Shown piece after piece: positions 17,322 through 24,315 of a stretch of DNA of 25,599 nucleotides (position 1 is the stretch's first letter; each line of letters starts with the position of its first letter). The stretch spans positions 1 to 25,599 of the IMG/VR virus record IMGVR_UViG_3300020042_002812; one strand, given 5' to 3'. A program made the translations under genes and the position numbers. This DNA is from a virus. Taxonomy: Duplodnaviria; Caudoviricetes. The notes under the pieces were generated by a model that was not told the origin of the DNA, made no database searches, and saw only the letters and a list, made by a program, of their open reading frames with translations.

Positions 17322-17578
17322 AAGCACCGATTACATCCGCACAAGCAATGTCCCACCCCGCTGTAGTGGCGACTATCAATGTGTTATCAGAGTTATGCAA
17401 AGAACTGCGCGCAGAACTGGAAACAGCCCGTGCTGATGAGCGTGAGTCCATAGCGCAGATGTTTGAAGGTGCGCCTGCACTGGTGCAGTTTGTACAGAAT
17501 GACCAAGGCGGCTGTTTGATTTGTGGGTTTACACCAAAGCTAGTAATTGAAGCCATCAGAGCAAGGGGGACATCATGA
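17318..17578 (+). CDS. Hypothetical protein (86 aa)
   Basis: ATG 17318 in an ATGA overlap; starts MKAPITS and contains CLICG. Confidence 0.65.
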   Translation: MKAPITSAQAMSHPAVVATINVLSELCKELRAELETARADERESIAQMFEGAPALVQFVQNDQGGCLICGFTPKLVIEAIRARGTS

Positions 17579-17801
17579 AAAAGATGACAAAGTGGTTTCC
17601 CCCGCACATCAAGCCCGGACGAAAGGCGTGTACGAAGTTAAGTTCACACCAAAAGGTTTATACGAAAGTTATTTCTACGCAATGTGGAACGGAAAGCGAT
17701 GGTCGCGTGTTGCCACTTATGAAGAAATGAAACGTTTTCACCAGAATTTTGATGCACTACAAGGTAAATACTGGCGTGGTTTTAAGGAGAAACAAACATG
17801 A
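17575..17801 (+). pseudogene. Frameshifted small gene (WFPP..KP.RKGVYEV...WNGKRW...WRG type)
   Basis: ATG 17575 reads MKKMTKWFPPHIKPGR; the continuation KGVYEVKF...WNGKRWS...YWRGF is in the -1 frame. One extra A at 17622-17624 would join them. Confidence 0.6.
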
Positions 17802-17875
17802 CTACATACTACTGTGTTCATTGCAAACGTCCCGTGTTCACAATCTTAATTAAATGTAGGAGTTGCGGAAAATGA
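17798..17875 (+). CDS. 25-aa zinc-ribbon micro-protein
   Basis: Below the track cutoff: MTTYYCVHCKRPVFTILIKCRSCGK, with TAAGGAG RBS and ATGA overlaps at both ends. Confidence 0.65.
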   Translation: MTTYYCVHCKRPVFTILIKCRSCGK

Positions 17876-18000
17876 CTGATGCACAAACGGCTTTACTGCT
17901 TGCACACATTTATTTGGCTAGACTTACTAGCCCACTTTATTCATTTGTGACGGGACTTCTATTTTTGTTATTTTATATTTACATAAGGTGGTTTCAATGA
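17872..18000 (+). CDS. 42-aa hydrophobic (membrane) peptide
   Basis: MTDAQTALLLAHIYLARLTSPLYSFVTGLLFLLFYIYIRWFQ; AGGAG upstream; ATGA overlaps. Confidence 0.65.
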   Translation: MTDAQTALLLAHIYLARLTSPLYSFVTGLLFLLFYIYIRWFQ

Positions 18001-18299
18001 CAGGCTATCAAAGCAAAAAGACTGCGGCGCTGGACGAGGACGGGATGTACCTTGTGCATCACACAGCACAACAAGATGCAACTATGCAAAGTTTGAAAGA
18101 CTTGCCCGTTGATTTTGGGCCACAACCTGACATGCACTACGGCATGAACCAAGACGATTGGAAAGACATAGTTGCCGCCATATCCAAAGCGCGTGATAGC
18201 AGAGGCATATACCTAGGATGCCGCCCTGCTGATGTGTTCCAAGATTGGTTCTTAGCACTCGGTACATTTAAGCCAAAGGAGAAAAATGCACAAGAGTAA
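17997..18299 (+). CDS. Hypothetical protein (100 aa)
   Basis: ATG 17997 after TAAGGTGG, in an ATGA overlap. Confidence 0.7.
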   Translation: MTGYQSKKTAALDEDGMYLVHHTAQQDATMQSLKDLPVDFGPQPDMHYGMNQDDWKDIVAAISKARDSRGIYLGCRPADVFQDWFLALGTFKPKEKNAQE

Positions 18300-18546
18300 C
18301 CACCACGCCATAAGGATGTCGCTACACAAGTACCCCGATGGCCTGACCGTCACTGAGATAGCCGAGCGCATTGAGAAGCCAAGGAATGCCGTACATCGTT
18401 CTTTAGCTGAGATGCCTGATGCATACGTTGATCGCTGGACATCTTGTAGAAAACAATGGGCGGCTGTGTGGTGCGTAGTAGTACCACCTGAGAACTGCCC
18501 CAAACCAAAGGACACACATGACCGAACACGAACAAAATCTACGTGA
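18286..18546 (+). CDS. Putative winged helix-turn-helix protein (86 aa)
   Basis: PDGLTVTEIAERIEKPRNAVHRSL HTH pattern followed by predicted beta strands. Confidence 0.7.
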   Translation: MHKSNHHAIRMSLHKYPDGLTVTEIAERIEKPRNAVHRSLAEMPDAYVDRWTSCRKQWAAVWCVVVPPENCPKPKDTHDRTRTKST

Positions 18547-18679
18547 CCTAGCAGCAATGTTTGCTATGGCAGGACTACTAGTACGTAACTTCAATGAACA
18601 TGGAGAAGCTATTGTCCCCACCGCATTTAACTTAGCTAACGAATTTATGGAGCAACGAAAGGAACAACCCAATGACTGA
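18518..18679 (+). CDS. Small protein (53 aa), similar to the 16649-16876 product
   Basis: Below the track cutoff: MTEHEQNLRDLAAMFAMAGLL...AFNLANEFMEQRKEQPND; AAGGA RBS. Confidence 0.7.
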   Translation: MTEHEQNLRDLAAMFAMAGLLVRNFNEHGEAIVPTAFNLANEFMEQRKEQPND

Positions 18680-18872
18680 GGAAATTAAAAAACGAAAAGG
18701 ACGGGGCCCTAGTAAGAAGCCAAGCCTTTTCAATACGAGCATGCGACTACCAAAGGAGGTGATGGAATACTTCAACACCCGCCACCCGTATTCAAAGCAA
18801 GCCAAGATTCGTGAAATTCTTACTGAGTATGTAGACAGCCAAAAGCAAGGAGCTAACAATGGCAACACGTAA
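18672..18872 (+). CDS. Ribbon-helix-helix protein, BrnA-antitoxin-like (66 aa)
   Basis: RKGRGP...TSMRLPKEVMEYF...QAKIREIL matches the BrnA-type RHH pattern. Confidence 0.6.
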   Translation: MTEEIKKRKGRGPSKKPSLFNTSMRLPKEVMEYFNTRHPYSKQAKIREILTEYVDSQKQGANNGNT

Positions 18873-19428
18873 ACTAACCGCCGCCGCACGAGTCCGTGCA
18901 TTCATTAAAACCAACCCTGAGGCTAAGCCGCCTGAGGTAGCTGCGGCAACAGGAGTCAAGCTAACCGATGTACATAACACGCTATGGCGAGACAGGACAG
19001 CAGGCGTGCCTAAGCGTAGGTACAAGACACGGGCTAAAAAAGCTGATTGGGAAACCATAGCAGTTGTAACCACTGATTCACCGATGCACATCACGATGGA
19101 AGAGCCTAATGTAGATGGAGACATTATCAAGTTAGGCGACGTAGTAGGTGGCTTGGTGCTAACCGATATGGGCAACGGAAAAGCGCGTTGGATTAGGCAA
19201 GAAGAGCCTAAGGTAGACATGGTTAACAGTCCACCCCATTACAAGGTAGGTGGTATCGAGGTCATCGACTTCATCAAGGCTAAGCTAACGCCCGATGAGT
19301 TCCGTGGCTACTTGCAGGGTAACATCCTGAAGTACTCTAGTCGAGTGGGTTACAAGGGCGATGCCGCTGAGGATGTGGGCAAACTAATTTGGTACGCAAA
19401 TAAACTACAGGAGACTCTACCCTCTTAA
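18859..19428 (+). CDS. DUF3310 (T7 gp1.7/SaV-like) domain protein with N-terminal HTH-like extension (189 aa)
   Basis: DMVNSPPHY..GGIEVIDFI...GYLQGNILKY..R...K...ED..K..WY signature. Confidence 0.85.
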   Translation: MATRKLTAAARVRAFIKTNPEAKPPEVAAATGVKLTDVHNTLWRDRTAGVPKRRYKTRAKKADWETIAVVTTDSPMHITMEEPNVDGDIIKLGDVVGGLVLTDMGNGKARWIRQEEPKVDMVNSPPHYKVGGIEVIDFIKAKLTPDEFRGYLQGNILKYSSRVGYKGDAAEDVGKLIWYANKLQETLPS

Positions 19429-19446
19429 CTTGTTAGGGTAAATACT

Positions 19447-19469
19447 AAGCCGCCTTCGGGCGGTTTTTT
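19447..19469 (+). terminator. Rho-independent terminator (C-UUCG-G loop)
   Basis: AAGCCGCC-TTCG-GGCGGTTTTTT. Confidence 0.9.
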
Positions 19470-19480
19470 GTGTCCATGTG

Positions 19481-19508
19481 TTGACAAAGTAAAAGGTTGT
19501 GCTATAGT
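19481..19508 (+). promoter_or_regulatory. Sigma70-type promoter P4 for the replication module
   Basis: TTGACA, 16 nt, TATAGT, with an extended TG. Confidence 0.7.
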
Positions 19509-19534
19509 CGAGCCATAAATAACTGGAGTGTTAG

Positions 19535-19834
19535 ATGGCGTCAACCCCCGAGTCTAAGGTCAAGACAAAGATCAAGGCTATCCTCAAAGAGCAGGGTGTC
19601 TACTATGCCATGCCAATTGGCACGGGCTACGGCAACGCTGGTGTGCCTGACTTCCTCTGCTGCGTCAACGGCTATTTTTTAGCTATCGAGGCCAAGGCTG
19701 GCAAGGGCAAACCAACTGCACTGCAAGTAAAAAATATCAACACAATCCACGATTGCGGTGGACAAGCATGGGTTGTCAATGAAGATGACTTAGACAGCCT
19801 TGCTGAGCACATTAAATTTTTAGAGGAGAAATAA
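19535..19834 (+). CDS. VRR-NUC / Holliday-junction resolvase-like PD-(D/E)XK nuclease (99 aa)
   Basis: PESKVK...GVPDFL...FLAIEAKAG..KPTALQ...GG. Confidence 0.9.
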   Translation: MASTPESKVKTKIKAILKEQGVYYAMPIGTGYGNAGVPDFLCCVNGYFLAIEAKAGKGKPTALQVKNINTIHDCGGQAWVVNEDDLDSLAEHIKFLEEK

Positions 19835-20206
19835 ATGGCTGAATTATCTACAGGTGTACGTACGTTGTTAGCACGTATGGAGTCTAACCCCGAAGAATTC
19901 TACGGCGAAGCCGACAAGTGGCGCTTCATGTTTGCCCCCAACTTCCGCGAAGTGATGACCGAGCCCGAGAAGGGCGCACTGCACGACGCACTGGGAGAAG
20001 TACGCCGCAAAGAGTTTGACGAGCGTGTCATGCGTAGGTTGTTGCAGGAAGATATGGAGGAGAAAGTACAGTTAGGGCGACATATTAGTAGTGGTGGGTT
20101 TGGCATGGCGCAGCTTAAAAATGAGGGCGCACAAATTCAACATCAGCGACACGTAGAAGCGCAAACGCAAGCGCAAGTCATCTTTACTTCTAACCCATAC
20201 AAATGA
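19835..20206 (+). CDS. Hypothetical protein (123 aa)
   Basis: GAGGAG RBS; coupled to the polymerase start. Confidence 0.8.
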   Translation: MAELSTGVRTLLARMESNPEEFYGEADKWRFMFAPNFREVMTEPEKGALHDALGEVRRKEFDERVMRRLLQEDMEEKVQLGRHISSGGFGMAQLKNEGAQIQHQRHVEAQTQAQVIFTSNPYK

Positions 20207-22032
20207 ACATCCTCACCATAGACTTTGAAACGTACTACTCACAAGAGTACGGACTGAAGAAGCTCACTACTGAGGAATACATACGCGACCCACGCTTTGA
20301 AGTTATCGGTGCAGCGGTGCAGTTCAATGCCAGTGAGCCTGTGTGGTTTAGCGGAACTCCCGCTGAGTTGCACCAGTTCCTCACATTGTTTGATTGGGAG
20401 CACTCGCTAGCCTTGGCGCACAACGCGCCGTTTGACGGAGCAATTCTTAATTGGGTGTTCGGTATCAAACCTAAGGGTTGGTTGGACACGCTGAGCATGG
20501 GCCGTGCGCTACATGGTACGGAGGTAGGTGGTAGCTTAGCGGTACTTGCGTCTCACTACGAATTGGGGGCTAAGGGCACTGAAGTTGTCAACGCCCTAGG
20601 TTTTAGGCGTAAGGATTTCCCTGCTGACCAGCTTGCACGATACGCTGAATACTGTAGTAACGATGTGGCCCTAACGTGGGCGCTGTTCAACGCGATGGGT
20701 GAGTTCCCACCAAATGAGTTGCGACTCATTGACCTGACTGTGCGTATGTTCACCGAGCCGGTGTTGCAGTTGGACAAGGTACTGTTGGATAGCTACTTGG
20801 AAGAAGTTAAGCTTAGTAAAGCACGGGCATTGGGGGATAACGACAGAGACGACCTGATGAGCAACCCCAAGTTTGCTGAGTTACTGCGGCAATACGGGGT
20901 AGAGCCCCCGATGAAAGTGAGCCCCGCCAACGGTAAGCAGACTTATGCGTTTGCAAAGAACGATGAAGAGTTCAAAGCCTTGCTTGAACACGAAGAGCCA
21001 AACGTACAAGCCTTAGTAGCTGCACGGTTAGGCACTAAGTCCACCATTGAAGAGACTCGCACCGCTCGGTTTATTGGGATTGCCGAGCGGGGAGCATTGC
21101 CCGTACCCCTACGCTACTACGCAGCACACACTGGACGCTGGGGCGGTGACGAAAAGTTAAACCTACAAAACTTAAAGCGCGGTTCCGTCTTAAAAGAGTG
21201 CATCATTGCCCCTGATGGTTACGTGATGCTGGACTCAGACTCGTCTCAGATTGAAGCGCGTACGCTGGCATGGCTAGCGGGACAAGATGACTTGGTAAAG
21301 GCATTTGAAGACGGTGAGGACGTTTACAAAATAATGGCCTCGGCTATCTACAGCAAGCCTGAGAGCGAGATTACCAAAGACGAGCGGTTTGTGGGTAAGA
21401 CCACCATCCTTGGTGCTGGCTACGGCATGGGGGCGGCTAAGTTTAAGGCGCAGTTAAAGACCTTTGGTGTTGACATTAAGTTAACCGAAGCCAAGCGCAT
21501 CATTGATACTTACCGCAAAACTTACCCCGAAATCCCAAAGCTATGGAGGTCAGCAGGTAGAGCCCTTAACGCCATACTACAGAATAAGCATACGACTTTA
21601 GGGGTAGGTTACAAGCTGCAAATACACGGGAGCAAGGGCATTCTGTTACCCAACGATCTGCGCTTGAAGTACCCCAACCTACGCGAAGTTGCTAAGCCCG
21701 CCACAGAGGACGAGGAAGAATCAACGGAGTTTGTGTACGACACCAAGAAGGGTAAAGCCACCATACCCAACCGCATATACGGTGGTAAAGTTATAGAGAA
21801 CGTATGTCAAGCCTTGGCCCGCATTGTTATCGGGGAGCAGATGCTTAACATTGCTAAGAAGCACCGAGTAGTGATGACTGTCCATGATGCTATTGCTATC
21901 GTTGTGTCCGAGCAGCAAGCAGATACGGCTAAGGAATACGTTGAATTTTGTATGCGCTTACGTCCTAAGTGGGCACTTGAACTACCCTTGAACTGCGAGG
22001 CAGGGTATGGGAAGAGTTATGGAGACTGTTAA
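20203..22032 (+). CDS. polA: Family A DNA polymerase with 3'-5' exonuclease domain (609 aa)
   Basis: ExoI DFET, ExoII HNAPFD, ExoIII YCSND; TGRWGG..NLQN; motif A DSSQIEAR; motif B RFVGKTTILGAGYG; motif C VHD. Confidence 0.95.
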   Translation: MNILTIDFETYYSQEYGLKKLTTEEYIRDPRFEVIGAAVQFNASEPVWFSGTPAELHQFLTLFDWEHSLALAHNAPFDGAILNWVFGIKPKGWLDTLSMGRALHGTEVGGSLAVLASHYELGAKGTEVVNALGFRRKDFPADQLARYAEYCSNDVALTWALFNAMGEFPPNELRLIDLTVRMFTEPVLQLDKVLLDSYLEEVKLSKARALGDNDRDDLMSNPKFAELLRQYGVEPPMKVSPANGKQTYAFAKNDEEFKALLEHEEPNVQALVAARLGTKSTIEETRTARFIGIAERGALPVPLRYYAAHTGRWGGDEKLNLQNLKRGSVLKECIIAPDGYVMLDSDSSQIEARTLAWLAGQDDLVKAFEDGEDVYKIMASAIYSKPESEITKDERFVGKTTILGAGYGMGAAKFKAQLKTFGVDIKLTEAKRIIDTYRKTYPEIPKLWRSAGRALNAILQNKHTTLGVGYKLQIHGSKGILLPNDLRLKYPNLREVAKPATEDEEESTEFVYDTKKGKATIPNRIYGGKVIENVCQALARIVIGEQMLNIAKKHRVVMTVHDAIAIVVSEQQADTAKEYVEFCMRLRPKWALELPLNCEAGYGKSYGDC

Positions 22033-22774
22033 GGCGATTAGAGCCGCCAAAAGTAAAGCTTGGCGGGAAGCTAATAAAGAAGCGCTAAAAGAAAAAAGAA
22101 AAACGTATTTGGAAGCCAACAAGGAAAAAGTTAAAGCGCAAGGAAAAGCATACCGAGAAGCCAATAAGGAGAAAATAAAAGAGCGAATTAAGGCTAATTT
22201 TAAGGGGCGTGAGGAAGATGTAATTGCGTATAAGAAAGCTTATTACCTAGCCACAAAAGAAATCCAAGCCCCAAAGAGAAAAGCGTATCGAGATGCAAAC
22301 AGAGAAACAATACGAGCAAAGAACAGAGCGTGGGACAAAGCTAACAAAGAGTATGGACGCGAGTATCAGAAGGCGTGGAACAAAACTAATAGAGAGTATG
22401 TAGCTAAGCGTAGTAGAAAGTACCACGAGGCAAACAAGGAAAAGAATAACGCAAGGCGCAAGGCGCATCGTGAAGCCAACAAGGAACATGAACTAGCAAG
22501 ACATAGAACTTGGCATGAAGCCAATAAAGAATATGAGAAAGCATATAGAGAGGCCAACAAAGAAAGGATTTACTTACTAGCAATAAAACACCGCAAAGCG
22601 CATCCCGAAATATACACAGCAAGAGCTAAAAAGCGTATTGCTAGAGCACCGGATACGTACATTAAAAAATTGTATAACTCCAAAGCAATGACACCCGAGT
22701 TAATTGAAGCAGCGCGTATGAGACTTTTTATTAAACGTAAATTAAAGGAACTTAAAAATGAATCACATCAGTGA
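22007..22774 (+). CDS. Highly basic repeat protein (about 15-aa [YWH]xEANKE repeats, 255 aa)
   Basis: About ten EANKE/DANRE-type repeats in an A-rich sequence; no HNH motif visible; the start may be ATG 22019. Confidence 0.75.
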   Translation: MGRVMETVKAIRAAKSKAWREANKEALKEKRKTYLEANKEKVKAQGKAYREANKEKIKERIKANFKGREEDVIAYKKAYYLATKEIQAPKRKAYRDANRETIRAKNRAWDKANKEYGREYQKAWNKTNREYVAKRSRKYHEANKEKNNARRKAHREANKEHELARHRTWHEANKEYEKAYREANKERIYLLAIKHRKAHPEIYTARAKKRIARAPDTYIKKLYNSKAMTPELIEAARMRLFIKRKLKELKNESHQ

Positions 22775-22955
22775 ACTAACAACGGAACTTTCTATGCTCT
22801 ACACAGGGCTAAAAAACGGTACGGTTGATGTAAAAATTGCTACTGAGATGAACAATACTGCTGGTAAGATTATCAACACCCAACGAGTACAGTTGGAGTA
22901 CGCGGAGTTATGTAAGCAACAACCTAACATTGCTTTTATGAAACCAAAAAAATGA
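22758..22955 (+). CDS. Small helical hypothetical protein (65 aa)
   Basis: AAGGA RBS; overlaps the repeat gene. Confidence 0.8.
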   Translation: MNHISELTTELSMLYTGLKNGTVDVKIATEMNNTAGKIINTQRVQLEYAELCKQQPNIAFMKPKK

Positions 22956-23074
22956 GAATCCTTTGGAAGTACGTTAACAAACGTACTAGGGACATTCACT
23001 TCTCGTGGGAACGTTGGGAGCGAGGCGATGCGTATGGGTTTTGGGAATTTAGAATACCGAAGGAAGAAGAATGA
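22952..23074 (+). CDS. 40-aa Trp-rich micro-protein
   Basis: Below the track cutoff: MRILWKYVNKRTRDIHFSWERWERGDAYGFWEFRIPKEEE, with ATGA overlaps at both ends; weak RBS. Confidence 0.55.
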   Translation: MRILWKYVNKRTRDIHFSWERWERGDAYGFWEFRIPKEEE

Positions 23075-23733
23075 GTATCGTATGGTCATTCAGCAGCTTA
23101 AAGACATTCCAGCAGTGTCCTAAGAAGTACTACCACACCAAGATAGCTAAGGATGTGGTTGAGCCTGATACAAAAGCTACGTTGTACGGTAAGTCAGCAC
23201 ATACAGTTGCTGAAGAATATATACGTTACGGAACCCCGATCCCTCCCGCGTTTGAATACATGCAGGCAACATTGGACATACTGAAAGCGATACCGGGGGA
23301 GAAGCTATGCGAAGTCAAATTTGGGTTGACGAAGAATTTAGAGTCGTGCGACTTCGATGCTCCGAATGTTTGGTGGCATGGGGTAGCAGATTTAGTGATT
23401 ATCAACTCGACTACGAGAACAGCACACTCCATAGACTACAAGACCAGCAAGAATGCGAGATATGCGGATGTAAAACAACTCGATCTTGTCGCCTGTGGAT
23501 TATTCGCCAAGTTTCCACAGATTCAGAAGGTGAAGTCAGCGCTCTTGTTTGTAGTGAGCAAGGAATTCGTTAAGGCCGACCACCACAGAGAGATGCTACT
23601 CAAGTACGTAGAGAAGCCAGCACAAGACGTAGCACGTATCGAAGCAGCATTAGAGAACGGAGTGTGGAACCCAATCAGCGGCCCGCTGTGTAAGTTCTGC
23701 TCAGTTAAGCAGTGTGAGTACAACAGGAGTTAA
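23071..23733 (+). CDS. Cas4-like/RecB-type PD-(D/E)XK exonuclease (220 aa)
   Basis: SFSSLKTFQQCP, G...H, E..., GVAD, IDYKT, Q, and C-terminal CKFC.....C (four-Cys Fe-S pattern). Confidence 0.9.
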   Translation: MSIVWSFSSLKTFQQCPKKYYHTKIAKDVVEPDTKATLYGKSAHTVAEEYIRYGTPIPPAFEYMQATLDILKAIPGEKLCEVKFGLTKNLESCDFDAPNVWWHGVADLVIINSTTRTAHSIDYKTSKNARYADVKQLDLVACGLFAKFPQIQKVKSALLFVVSKEFVKADHHREMLLKYVEKPAQDVARIEAALENGVWNPISGPLCKFCSVKQCEYNRS

Positions 23734-23735
23734 CA

Positions 23736-24062
23736 ATGAACGAAATGACCAATCAAGAAACCGATACCGCCCTCATCCTTGAGAACGAGCTTAGACGCCG
23801 AGTGAACGAGGTAGTCGAGCGGGTAGTAGTGAACATAGTAGGTAAAGTTATTAGGGAGCACCTAGACAAGTACAAAGCCGAAATGCTGATGGAAGTTAGC
23901 TTGTCAGTTGGTAAGATGCTGCACGTAATTGAGAAAGAAGGCCGTAAGCCTTTGTGGGAAGCAACCCCCGAGGAATTTGGTCTGACCAAAGAAGACTTAA
24001 ATTCCCATGCCCTTGGACGTTTTGATACGGAGCTTAACCATGCCATACGTAAACAAGCCTAG
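23736..24062 (+). CDS. Hypothetical protein (108 aa)
   Basis: AGGAG RBS. Confidence 0.75.
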   Translation: MNEMTNQETDTALILENELRRRVNEVVERVVVNIVGKVIREHLDKYKAEMLMEVSLSVGKMLHVIEKEGRKPLWEATPEEFGLTKEDLNSHALGRFDTELNHAIRKQA

Positions 24063-24315
24063 ACCTTATAAAAAGGAATACAAGCAACAGATTGACCGAG
24101 GTGAAGAAACACCTCGACTTGAGCGTCAACGTGCCCGTGGTGAGATGGATAAGAAAGGTATTGACCGAACAGGTAAGGACATCGACCATTCAATCCCGCT
24201 ATCTAAAGGCGGCACTAATGCTGCCGGTAACTTGAAGTTGAAAAGCCCAAGTGCCAACCGTTCCTTTACACGTAACTCAGACCACACGGTCAAAATTAAC
24301 AAGCCGAAAAAATGA
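24040..24315 (+). CDS. Small HNH-type endonuclease (91 aa)
   Basis: ATG 24040 after GGAG; GKDIDHSIPLSKGGTNAAGNLKLKSPSANRS. Confidence 0.85.
   Translation: MPYVNKPRPYKKEYKQQIDRGEETPRLERQRARGEMDKKGIDRTGKDIDHSIPLSKGGTNAAGNLKLKSPSANRSFTRNSDHTVKINKPKK

Noticed and set aside
16339-17801. Similar GGAG...AAATGA junctions as further cassette repeats
   Set aside because: The matches are short and inexact, and generic SD plus ATGA coupling explains them.
23071-23733. Cas4-like gene as part of a CRISPR-Cas system
   Set aside because: Solo Cas4-like exonucleases are common in phage replication modules; no cas1, cas2 or array is present.
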